Origin: Folioceros fuciformis
Lineage: Eukaryota
DNA: 36,624 nt
Direction of reading: 5' to 3'
NCBI GenBank assembly: GCA_049999805.1
Contig: JBNGIO010006418.1
Coordinates: 31,276 to 67,899, forward strand
The notes beneath the pieces were generated by a model. It ran no database searches, was not told the DNA's origin, and was given only the letters and a program-made list of their open reading frames with translations. Made by a program: the position numbers and the translations under genes. Shown one piece after another: positions 1-10,040 of the stretch; position 1 is the first letter of the stretch; the number at the start of each line of letters is the position of its first letter.

Positions 1-1869
1 GGATTCCTGGGTGATAGTCCACACGCCGGTGCGGGAGTCGTACACCTGCGCAGGGCCTTGGTGGCTGTGGATGCCTAGTATCCGGTAGTCCGGGCTGCTG
101 GGTTCCGCCACCAGGCCCAAGACGTGGAAGACCTGGGACTGCCGTGATCCGGCGCACAAGTCGTGAGGAGACTGAATCCAGGAGCCAGTGCCAGAGAGAG
201 GATCGCACATGTAGACACTGGGAGGGACGGGATCCACCACTCCCGGAAGGGGCATCGCGCACACCAGGCCCCGGCTGAAGGCCACTATCCGCACGGACTC
301 GGGCAGCACACAGCCCAGATTGCGCCAGGTCGCCGAATTTCCATTGCAGGCAGGGTGGAAGATGGAGGCCAGCCCGTTCCCCGCCGAGTTCATGATACTT
401 GGGCTTTGGCCGGCGGGCAGCTCGCAGAGAACGTGGTTCAAGGAGAACTCCAGGAGCAAGTTCTCCTGCGGCGCGTGGAGCCTCTGCAGGACGCGGAACT
501 CCCGGCACCAGATCACACGGTGCCACTCTCTGCTCAGACGCCGGATCGAGGTGAAGACACACCGCAGCGGCAGGCGGCAGAAGATCTCCAGCAGCACTTG
601 CCTCGGGAGGCACGGAAGCAGGGACGGCCTATCCTGGGTCATTGGTGGCGTGTTCCGGGTGTTTTCAAACACTTCGATGCAGGTCCGATCCTGGTTGCCA
701 AGCGTATGGCCCTGAGGTGGGAAGCAGTGCCAAAATCTCAGCGGGCTTTCCTCCATCATCTTGCGGAGATTGTTTAAGGAGCTGGGAAGCCAGAAGACAT
801 CAAACCACGAAGAGAGCTCCAGCGTAGGCGGCATCTCTACGTCGATGACGAGTTGGGCCATGTTGGTGGGCAGCCCCCACTCCTCCTGGTGCACATGCCA
901 TTGCCGCATCTCCTCCTCGCTCTCTCCTGCGTACAAGAAGCGGCCCCTCGCGGTCACCTGTTGTCTTCGCACCAATCCTAGCTTGGCACTTCCACCAATG
1001 TAATAGATGACCTTCCGTGAGTGGTGCAAGGCCAGCGGTTCCCGGAGGATCATGCACAGGGGCATGGGAGGACCCTGGTCAGCAGGGACATCGGGCTCCA
1101 GAGGTACAGCAGGGACATCGGGCTCGACAAGTAGAGCAGAGACATATGGCTCGACAGCTAGAGAAGGGACATATGGCTGGAGGGCTAGAATAGGGGCATG
1201 TGGCTGGAGACCATGGTGAACAGGAGAATATAGCTGGAGAGCTAGAGCGGAGTTGTAAGGCAATGGGGAGGGAAAACTGGGTCCTTGGGCTTCTGATGAT
1301 GGAAGGGGAAGAGCAGAGGCAATGGAAGAAGCAGACTCCAGAAGCAAAGGTAGGGGTCTCTGCACTTGAGCTATGTATGTGCGCAAAGGTAGGGGTCCCT
1401 GCACTTGAGCTATGTATGTGCGCAGGGTAGGGATAGGGACTAGAACCATAACCAAGCTGCTACTGGGGCCGGAGTTTGCAAATGGGATGTTGCCCACAAC
1501 GTGGGGATGGTGCGGGAAGACTGAGGACTCTGACAACTCTTGGGCCATGACAATACCATACCCACGAGAGGCTGAAGGAGCAAAGGTAGCATTAGACGAG
1601 TTGCTGGCTAGCTCTACTGGCACAGAAGGACTCATACCCTCCGGTGGTATCTGCATGGTCACAAAACGACTCTGACTCTCCACCATGTTCATCGGGTCGT
1701 CCGACAGCACCACTGCCTCTTGATGGCCATACGCAATACTGGGCTCGGCTTGGGAGGAAGTTCCATACACGCTACCGCCATGAGCCGGAACCAAGGGCAT
1801 TGGTAGAGCCTTAGGGGCCGAGCGCGCATAATTGTGGCAGGCGCAGACGGAGAACTCCTGCCCAGACAT
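1..1869 (-). CDS. F-box protein (F-box plus kelch-like/FBA-type propeller) with ~410-aa N-terminal extension; 3'-truncated by the window edge
   Basis: Manual translation: the minus frame has no stop from 2028 to 1 and the first ATG is at 1869. It is absent from the ORF track because no stop lies in the window. F-box motif LPCLPRQVLLEIFCRLPLRCVFTSIRRLSREWHRVIWCREF at ~620-500, followed by propeller-type motifs IVAFSRGLVC, VYMCDPLSG, DYRIL and AQVYDSRTGVW. Confidence 0.85.
   Translation of the reverse strand, partial: MSGQEFSVCACHNYARSAPKALPMPLVPAHGGSVYGTSSQAEPSIAYGHQEAVVLSDDPMNMVESQSRFVTMQIPPEGMSPSVPVELASNSSNATFAPSASRGYGIVMAQELSESSVFPHHPHVVGNIPFANSGPSSSLVMVLVPIPTLRTYIAQVQGPLPLRTYIAQVQRPLPLLLESASSIASALPLPSSEAQGPSFPSPLPYNSALALQLYSPVHHGLQPHAPILALQPYVPSLAVEPYVSALLVEPDVPAVPLEPDVPADQGPPMPLCMILREPLALHHSRKVIYYIGGSAKLGLVRRQQVTARGRFLYAGESEEEMRQWHVHQEEWGLPTNMAQLVIDVEMPPTLELSSWFDVFWLPSSLNNLRKMMEESPLRFWHCFPPQGHTLGNQDRTCIEVFENTRNTPPMTQDRPSLLPCLPRQVLLEIFCRLPLRCVFTSIRRLSREWHRVIWCREFRVLQRLHAPQENLLLEFSLNHVLCELPAGQSPSIMNSAGNGLASIFHPACNGNSATWRNLGCVLPESVRIVAFSRGLVCAMPLPGVVDPVPPSVYMCDPLSGTGSWIQSPHDLCAGSRQSQVFHVLGLVAEPSSPDYRILGIHSHQGPAQVYDSRTGVWTITQES
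1081..1215. repeat. In-frame 27-bp degenerate tandem repeat (~5 units; e.g. LEPDVPA/VEPYVSA) inside the F-box ORF
   Basis: agcagggacatcgggctccagaggtac / agcagggacatcgggctcgacaagtag / agcagagacatatggctcgacagctag / agaagggacatatggctggagggctag. Confidence 0.85.
1345..1430. repeat. In-frame 39-bp tandem duplication (LRTYIAQVQxPLP x2) inside the F-box ORF
   Basis: caaaggtaggggtc(t/c)ctgcacttgagctatgtatgtgcg x2 plus a partial unit. Confidence 0.9.
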
Positions 1870-2004
1870 GCTATCAAAAGCGCCACCGGCAACAAGAGAT
1901 AGAGACAACTTAGGTAAGAACTGGCCACTAGCAACCAAGGAGGAGCAGGAGCGCAGGAAGACCTCAAGGGGGTAGATGTAAGAGAAGACGAGAAGTGAGC
2001 CTCT

Positions 2005-2096
2005 AGGGATTGGTGTGAGAGCCTTTTTCTAGGCCCGAAAGGAGGAGGGGGAGAGGGCCGGCAGTCTCCGAGGACAGCTAGCTGACGTGGCGAGGT
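2005..2096 (-). promoter_or_regulatory. Promoter-like module, copy 1 (upstream of the F-box ORF)
   Basis: Aligns by eye with 7351-7450 and 8563-8655 (cctttt-x-tagg-x-cc..aaaggag..ggcc..agct-x-acg..aggt). The TATA position reads TAGAAAAA here and lies ~160 bp upstream of ATG 1869. Confidence 0.5.
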
Positions 2097-2150
2097 TGCT
2101 CGGTCTGGCGAGGTTGTTGGTATGGCGAGGTTGCTCGGTATGGCGAGGTT
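2088..2150. repeat. 17-18-bp tandem repeat (tggcgaggttgctcggta) x3.5
   Basis: Direct reading of the sequence. Confidence 0.85.
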
Positions 2151-2564
2151 TCTCCTCCGGAATATGTCATCATGTCCGTGCCTTCGCGCGTGTGAGGAGG
2201 CAGGGGTAATTTCGATGGGATTGGTCGAGCCAGTTCCTCTCCAGAGGAAGTGGGTTCGGGTGGTACTGGACCTGAGTGGAGGTGTTAGACCCTGGACGCT
2301 TCTGTCGATGCTAAGTTAACGCATCCTAGGCAGGGGAAGGGCATTTTGAACTCTGCTCGCAGTGTCGGACTATATATATATATCTACATTCGATGTCGTC
2401 ATACACTAGCTACGTGTAAAGCCATCAATCCGGTGCAAGTTCCCATTGCGGAAGGCCGCCTGGGGCTAGCCTCAAATTTTGTTGCCAGGTTCTGCTCGCG
2501 CCTCTCCTTCTCACATTGCAAGCATCCAACAATCTTTCTGAAACACTGTTTCTTGATCCAACCG

Positions 2565-2573
2565 CTTGTAGTG
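2565..2573 (-). mobile_element. Possible CACTA (En/Spm) terminal inverted repeat end
   Basis: cttgtagtg is the reverse complement of CACTACAAG, the first 9 nt of the maize En/Spm TIR, and points inward toward the F-box ORF. The partner TIR is not in the window. Confidence 0.3.
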
Positions 2574-3399
2574 TAGTGTTTATACCTCCGCGCATTTAGC
2601 ACGTCTTGTCAGACTGTCTACCGGTGGTCTATGGAAGACACACTCCGAGGATTAAGTTTATCCATGGAAGCCATTCTAGAGAATCAAGTTTATCACAAAG
2701 CACGAGCACGGGCTTGGGAGACCACCACGTCAAAGTGAGTCCCACACACAAACTCTACCACGCCGCACAATGATAGACAAGGAACAACAAGGTAGCGTAG
2801 CCTGATCAGAGCCCCAGCCCACTACGATGAGGAGCATGCCCATCACAAGCCTCAAAAGAACATGCCTCCACACAGCCTGATCCAAAAGTTGTCTATCCCA
2901 GAGAAATACTAGAATCGAAAGTCCCCAAGACTGACATGACACAGCATGCTGACCTGGTATGCCTGAAGTAGGAGCGGACCACTTGCAAACTTGGTCACTG
3001 CTGCCTACGTGCATGATACAAGAAGGAAGGAATTAAAAGAAATCGAATGGCCACCTGTACCAGGACGTGATGAATTGCTTTGATTCGATTCCAATACGTT
3101 AGAACAAGTTGAAGTGAGCTAGGTCTCCTTTCAAAGGCAACTGCACACAGGTCAGCTTGTGAGCTACAGGTATCAACACCCGCAGCTGCAAGCACAGCTC
3201 ATGGCAAATTCACGAGGAGAAATTGTGAGCACCATGGAGGAAGAAGAAGAAGGTGGTGAGCATGAACCTGATAGAAGTTTCTGGAGTGGTAGCAGTGCAG
3301 CGATCGAATGACTGTGGAACTACCAGATCCCCCAGCTCCTCAGCTGCACGCAAATGTGAAAAACCCAGACTTTTTACTGGAAAGTTTCAAGGATCTACC

Positions 3400-4560
3400 T
3401 TGCGTGTAATTAGCCTGAGCAGTCACAAACCCTTCCCCCCGCAAACCAATCCTTGTTGTTGATCACGTTGTAGGTGCCTAGATGACTGACACTCCTCTGC
3501 ACAGTGACGGCTCCTAAGACCTTGACTCACAGTTCGAGGAGCCTGCTGGCGAAGGAAGCGTCCTTCCGGTGGTGGAGACCTGCATCTGGCAGCAAAATAG
3601 CCATCCGCTCTCAAATAGCCACGTCCTTCAGCTAGGACACTCCACAACACAACGCGTCAGGAGTCTTTCCGCAAGAGCTTCCACGAACATGGGGCCTGCA
3701 AATGCAGATAATCGGCATTATCAGACGCAATGAAGTTCATCATTGGGCTAGTTAAGCAGACTACATTGGTCGGTGGTGTAGAGGCTGATCCATTCCAAGA
3801 AAATTTGTTCCAGCCGGGGCTGCCTGCACGGGCATACAATACAAGGAACCACGAGGTCTTCACCTTCCCGCACTTCCCTGTCCACAAGCTGGCCTTCGTT
3901 GTTAATGCCGATATGCATATTAGCTTCGCCCGTCGGGGGATATACACGGTTTCACGTCCAAGTGGTGGCCACTGCGGAGCCACGATCCCGTTGTATCTGC
4001 AACAGGCCAGACGACACAACTTGAGTCAGAAAGCTAGCTGGACCGCTTGGGCTGAAGAGTTGGAGAACCATATTTGTGGATGGGTTGTGAGTAGTACGCG
4101 CCGTAAGCCAGGCCCAGGTCCACATCCTCGAGAATGGGCAGCTTGATCCTGTTGACTCTGTAGAAGACACCAGCACCGCGGAGGCGAGCATCAGCGGAGC
4201 GGATCCCTGGCGAGCTTTGTATACGAGCTAGTAGCTCCCCGTTTGCATGCTACCGGCAAAAATCGGGATCGACCTGCTCCGGATCGTCGAGAGTACCTGC
4301 GGCCTACTTCCCTGTTGGCCGATTCCGGAAGCCTGATGAAATCATAATGCTGGCACCTATCTGCCTCTCCAAGAGCTTGACTACTGGACTCTCGTCCAGG
4401 TCCCGGTCATCAGCCAGCAATCTCCTCCTGAGGCCGGGGAGGATTCCTTGGAAGTCCTCTGGCCCACACCCCTCAAGCTTCGTTCCCGATCCCACGCGCG
4501 TCTTCTGCCTCCTGATTCCCCGCTTCTGTTGCCCATCGGATGGAACGCCTGCAACAATCA
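3400..4560 (-). pseudogene. Decayed F-box/kelch-like gene, copy A
   Basis: Frameshifted fragments: DFIRLPESANREV...PVACKR...KLARDP (F-box-like), HNPSTNMVLQL...VVSSGLL, RFLR, GGKGL. Colinear DNA anchors with 9000-10040. Multiple stops and frameshifts. Confidence 0.55.
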
Positions 4561-5169
4561 AGCATCAAAGGCTGGTATCCTACGGGCCCCTGATACGTAT
4601 TCCCTCAGCGCAGAAATCTTCCCCGACAAGGAGGCAAGCGTCGGTTTCCTGACCGTTTAGGTTTCCAACCAAACGGACTCCCTCCCATTTCCTTTCGCGA
4701 GTTACGTAACTCCCTCGCATTTTGCCGATTTTGCATCGAATAGGGCAGCACATCCGTCTGCACCGGGGAATACCAATAGGGGCGAGGATTCACAACATGG
4801 TGGTGAGGCCGCCTCTCTGGATCAGGTGCGGTTCTCAGGGCCCGCATCTTGTTGTGACCACGGGCTTGTCGTGGGTTGAGATTTTGCAACTGATGGTGTC
4901 GCTCGTATCGTCAGATTGAAGCAGCAGAGCCTGGTGACCTCACATTGACAGCGCTGCATGCAGCTGTGCACTGTCATCTTTAGCTCTCACAGGGGATGGG
5001 TGCTGGCTAGTCGGCATTCGGCAGTTTGGGTGCGGCAACGGTGTGCGGGGTATGACAGAGCCGGGATGCTGTCAACGGTGTAAAGGGCATTATTCAGCTG
5101 AGATGCTGGTGTTCCTTCATCACGTGCGTTTTGATTGGTGCGTTAGAGACAGCGGGCTCTAGACAGTGC

Positions 5170-6110
5170 GGGGTAAATTGTTGGGAGTTTTCCTTGTGTG
5201 GTCCCCTCTCAAATGCTGTGCTTATGGTACAGGACCGTGGACTGGGAGATTAGCATGGTTGCCTGAACCCGAGGAGCAATATATGTATCTCCGAGTGCAG
5301 ACCGTCGGGATGGATAGTTCCTTGCCAAAGCTATCGAGAATTGCTCTCCAAGCACGACCTGCGGTATGCACAAGAGCCAGCACATTTGTTTTCACTGTCA
5401 CCTGCCCAAGGGGAAGTGGGAGGTGATCTACTAGTGGATTATCTTGTCTCGTCCCTCTCTGCCACCGGTCTTGCAGGAACAAACCGCTCTCTTTGGATTA
5501 CACCCCCATGGCCGGTGGCCCCTCTTACCCTGTTCGTTCTGGGGCGCAACAGTGCTTCTGCGCTTGCAGGATTCTGGGAGGCTGTCACGGTCTCTGGCAT
5601 AGGCCTCAAACTTCGCCATTCGAAGAAATTTCACCACAAACAGTGGCTGGAGGCAGCGCTGCTGCTGGAATGCCATGGCAAGGTGCTCGGAGCTCCTTGC
5701 CCTTAGATGAGCACCCGATCCCGTGAGGCTGGAAGGACATGAACACCTCTGTGCATGGGTAGGAACACGGTGGGACCCTTCTCGACAACGACGCATCAAG
5801 AGTGACGGTGCCACGGCGTAGCAGACTTCGGCTCGCAAGCACTTTACGTAGGATGAATCAGACTACTTATTGGTGGCGTCAGTTCCCTTCACAGCATTTG
5901 CTTTCCACTTCTGGAATCAGCCGGTGGGAGGGACTTGAGTCGGTGGTGCAGAAGTTGGAGGGGGAGGAATCTCTTGGAAAGTGACAAGGCTGGAAGGTGG
6001 TCTCACAGCGCACACTCTGTCGAGGAAGGCACACCAACCCACTCTTCAAAGCACACAACCTCCAAGCTTACGTGGACGCTTTGTTGGCTGGACTGCACTT
6101 CTGTTCTGTT
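5170..6110 (+). pseudogene. Possible inverted remnant of an F-box-associated propeller region
   Basis: Fragments GPWTGRLAWLPEP, LLLECHGKVL, VPRRSRLRL...NQTTYWW...WEGLESV and AHNL/KLTWTL occur in the order expected for plant F-box C-terminal domains. Many stops; no F-box motif found. Confidence 0.3.
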
Positions 6111-7284
6111 TGGTCGGCTAAATACTCGTCTAAGAATGGCCACTGATGGTCTGGGCAGACCCCTGCCTGCACAAATGGCCGGACAAAACAGAAGTTACAC
6201 CATCAAAAACTATCCATGTGGAGGATGACGTACATGACTGAGCAGGCAGAAGCTGATTGGCATGGGAGACTTGTACCAGATAGACGATGGACCTACGAAC
6301 ATGATAAGGTTACCCCGTGGACCAGCTAGCTATAGTGGCAAATATGAGAACCTGCCTGATGGAGGGAGGCAATGAACACTACGCAAATGGAGACAGAATG
6401 GGACTAGGTGGGGTTATGCTAGAGGCCCACAAAGCCTTGTGAGGATTCCCAGCATATCCCGGTCTTCAGTTGACTGAAGCTGCTCCCCAAGGCAGTGCGT
6501 ATGACTTTGAGCACAGTGCATCAACCAGGAGTTCTCTGACAGCTCCATGGCTTTCTTCCATCGAAGGGCTGGAACTCAGTTATCCTGCAACGTGAAAGTT
6601 GCTGCCGATACACTTGCGGATGCCCACTTTCAAAAGAAATTGACCCCCCTCCACGTTTTTTCATTGTACTGGAGGAGCGTTTAGGAGGTACACGGTTTGT
6701 TGATCTGTGTCCGGCGGAGGTGCCTGTTTCTGCTGGACTGACGGACTCGACAATGGAGTTCTGGAGCCTGGTAGCTTGTGTAGACGGCGGATCGCAGGTA
6801 GCAGGGACAGAAGGGGTTTATGAGATTGACGGATTTCCCGCAACGCGAGCATATGCAGTCAGCACAACCCAGAATCAACCTCCGTGATCGCACCACGTCT
6901 TTGCTCTTGACTGGTCACTTTGGTTTCTCGCTATGCTATGTTAATGGTTCAGTATCCTCTGAGTTACTTGAATGCTGACATGTTTGAATTGCTGAGAGTT
7001 TTGCAACACTGGTGTAGGAGTGTACGTATGTTACCAAAATGGTCAGCGACACTCCAAGGGAAGAAGGCCAGCTTTGGCGGTCATGGATGCCTGACATTAA
7101 CTGAGGGTCGGGTCCCCGCATGCCCGTCTTTCAATCAGATCTATCGGGTGTTTGCGCATTACAATGACATCTTTGCGGCCTTGTTTGAATCATCGAAATG
7201 CCGTAAACCGGGAGCGGAAATGGGCCGGCGCAAGTGGCTCCAGCTGCAGACAGCGAGGAGGTCTCTGCTACCTCCATGGCAGAC

Positions 7285-7460
7285 AAAGCTCAACGAAGAG
7301 CGGGCGATGGGAAGAGAGGGAGACAGCTCGAGCAGAAGCTGGGCAGAGGAAATAGCTGCGCGGGCCTTAGATACGTCGAAAAGGAGAAAGAGAGTGGCCA
7401 GCGACCGTGGAAGTATACCTAGCTAACGCAGAAGGTATCTCCCCCCGAGGTCTCCCTGCA
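7285..7460 (-). promoter_or_regulatory. Promoter-like module, copy 2 (decayed TATA)
   Basis: Diverged direct repeat of 8480-8695, with shared agctcaa..gagcgggc, agagggaga, aaaggagaa, ggccag, acgcag.aggta and gtat.tccccccgag. Confidence 0.55.
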
Positions 7461-7463
7461 TTA

Positions 7464-7925
7464 GACACTTGATCCAAATTACATCAGGCACTTGAGCCAT
7501 CTCTACAAATCACATCAGGGACTTGAGCCAGATCAAATCAATCACTCGAGCCAGATCTACAAATCACACCAGGAACTTGAGTCAAATTACACCAGGAACT
7601 TGAGCTAAATTACATCAGGCACTTGAGCCATCCACAAAATACATCAGGCACTTGAACCGTCCACAAATTACATCAGGCACTTGAGCCATCCACAAATTAC
7701 ATCAGGCACTTGAGCCATCCACAAATTACATCAGGCAATAGAGCCATCCACAAATTACATCAGGCAATTGAGCCATCCACAAATTACATCAGGCAATTGA
7801 GCCATCCACAAATTACATCAGGCAATTGAGCCATCCACAAATTTCATCCGTGCGATTGTGCCATCCAGAAATTCATCCGGCACTTGAGCTATCGACAAAT
7901 TTTAGCAAGCGCTTGAGCCATCTAC
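7464..7925. repeat. 29-bp minisatellite (gagccatccacaaattacatcaggcactt), ~16 units, homogeneous in the centre and degenerate at the edges
   Basis: Direct head-to-tail repeats with no unique spacers. Confidence 0.95.
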
Positions 7926-8113
7926 CAAGGAGGCACAAGGAAGCTGGGATAACTCGCACACCGCGCCGGAAGCACCCACGGACCCAGCCCCATGCACACA
8001 GCGGTAGCTGGAACGCAGCCGAAGCACTCGTGAGATCCCAAGCACACACACGGGCTGCGGTACCACCCAGCACAAGCACAAGGGAGAGCTGCGATAGCCC
8101 CCACCACCAATGC

Positions 8114-8153
8114 CTTGGCTTGGGCTTGGGCTTGGGCTTGGGCTTGGGCTTGG
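8114..8153. repeat. (CTTGGG)n hexamer microsatellite with G-quadruplex potential
   Basis: ttgggcttgggcttgggcttgggcttgggcttgg; five GGG tracts with 3-nt loops. Confidence 0.9.
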
Positions 8154-8479
8154 AGGAGGTGCGTCCACAGCTTTGAGGCGATCCATAGACCTGGAGAGTA
8201 ATTACAGGAGACCATCTCTCTCATCCGCCGAAGAGACCGCGGTCTGTATCTCTACAGCTACTGCAATGGTCATCTGGGCCATATTGCTACCCACCTCCGG
8301 TCTTGGCGGAGCGGGACAAACCAGAACCAGCGTCTCGCAGAGGAACGCCATGGCGAAGATGAAGGCCTCTCTAGCAACGACAGTGTGCAAGGGGGAGAAG
8401 GCACTGGGGAAAGGAGGAAGAGAGCTCAAGAGCGGAGGTGGTGACAAGGGTAGCAGGTGAAAGAGGGGAAAGAGAGGTA

Positions 8480-8695
8480 TAGAGCTCAAGGACGAGCGGG
8501 CTACGGGCACAGAGGGAGAGCCCGGGACCGAGCTGGCGAGCGGAAGTGCAAGACTGAGGTTCAAGGGGAGGCTGTGGGCTCCTTTTATAGGTCCAAAGGA
8601 GAAGCGGGGAAGAGGCCAGGAGCTTCCAAGAACGGTCAGCTTACGCAGCAGGTACAATACTGTACTGTACTGTATTTCCCCCCGAGATCCTTGCT
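8480..8695 (-). promoter_or_regulatory. Promoter-like module, copy 3, with an intact TATA box (TATAAAA at 8589-8583)
   Basis: The minus strand reads CCTATAAAAGG, followed by a CT-rich leader and GCCATGGCG (ATG 8351). The downstream frame stops after ~49 codons. Confidence 0.55.
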
Positions 8696-8999
8696 ATGGC
8701 GCGTCAAGAGGCCCCCTGGGGGGGCTGGCCCCGAGCTGGGGGCTGCAGCCAGGACAGGAATTGTGGGACTAGCTGCCCAGTCCAGGATCTCGGAGCCCTA
8801 AATCCCCTAAACCTCAGAAACATCAGCCAGGTGGCTCAGGGTGGCCCATGTCGTGAACTGCAGTGAGAATAGCAAGGTGTTGCCCCTTGCGGATTTCCGT
8901 CCCTCTCCTTCCTTACATGGGCTTGGACACGAACGTGCACATCGCGAAATTCAGCAGAGGAGCTTCAAACTACCAGGCCTCCAGGAAAGCCAGACCCAG

Positions 9000-10040
9000 C
9001 AGATCAATTGTCCCTGGCCAGACAAACCCTTCGGAGACCACGTGATTCAACAAGCGACGTTGCAATCCCTCTCTATCATGGCACAGAACTAGCGTCGGAA
9101 GGACCACCTGACAAAACACTGGCTACTGACATCGCAATCAGTTTCCCGACGAGCTGATTCTGAAAATGTGGCGTCCTGTCGTTTGAATTAAGGGTCGCGC
9201 ACACTGACATGTCGGAGCAGGCTGGCCTCGCATGTTTGAAGGGTGGACCACTTGGGCCTCATGCGTGTATGAAATGTAGATACAAATCGCGCTACCTAAT
9301 TGTACAAGCAAGGTCTGAGTCGTGCTGGTCGGTGGTGTGAACCTGATCGATTCCCAGTCTTCGCCGCCCACTTCAACGGATAGCCACGTATACGTCACAA
9401 CTCACCTCCCCTCATTCCCCAATACAATCGCCGCTGCCCACTCAGGGTGTGCAGGCGCACAACGTCATCTCCCGTTCGAGACCACAGCGAAGCCTCGATC
9501 GCCTTCTGCACAGGCCAGAGGAGACGACACGATCTCATCATCATGATTGAGACAGCTCAAGTAGAGCATTTCGTGGATGGGTTGTGAGCCTGAGATATAC
9601 GCTCTCGACAGCCGTCTGTCAGTCCCAGGTCCCCATGCTTCAGGATAAGGACCTACATACAGTATAGCTCAAGAGGGTGTGCGAACGTTCTGTTGGTCGG
9701 TGGTGTACAATCTGCTGGTCCCGCTGTTGTACGAACCAGCATCGCACACGCGAACACGAAGGGATCCTTCGCGAACGTTGTACAGAACCCGCCCCCCGTT
9801 AGTGAGAGGAGTGGACGGCGATGGGACGGCCCGCTCGCCAGATCGAGAGTCGCTGTGGCCGATTCCAGGACCCTGAACTCACGCTCCACAAGCACGATAC
9901 CAACATGTTTTGCTTCTCCAAGATCTCGTCCAGTGTGCTTGCGTCTAGGTCCGAAGCATCAGCCGTTCCTTCCTCTCGAAGCCGTGGAAGATTCTTCTCG
10001 ATCCCCCCTGTCGTCGCTTCCGCTTGAATAGATGACAAAT
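9000..10040 (-). pseudogene. Decayed F-box/kelch-like gene, copy B (paralog of copy A)
   Basis: LPRLREEGTADASDLDAS vs copy A LPGLRRRLLADDRDLDES; EFRVLESA...LLSL...FAKDP; HNPSTK. DNA anchors acaaacccttc, tggtcggtggtgt, gtggatgggttgtgag and ggccgattcc recur at a ~5.5-kb offset from copy A. Confidence 0.55.

Noticed and set aside
163-777. 204-aa plus-strand ORF
   Set aside because: Antisense shadow of the minus-strand F-box ORF in the same codon register.
3730-4146. GGHCG motif suggesting an LTR integrase zinc finger
   Set aside because: No downstream CxxC or DDE core; the opposite strand is better explained as an F-box remnant.
6540-6630. N..AADTLA resembling a LINE RNase H motif
   Set aside because: Isolated, with no other RT or RNase H motifs nearby.
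6920-7426. 168-aa plus-strand ORF
   Set aside because: No recognisable domain; it overlaps promoter-module copy 2 in the opposite orientation.
7464-7925. CRISPR-like array (29-bp repeats)
   Set aside because: The units are head-to-tail with no unique spacers, there are no cas genes, and the context is eukaryotic; it is a minisatellite.
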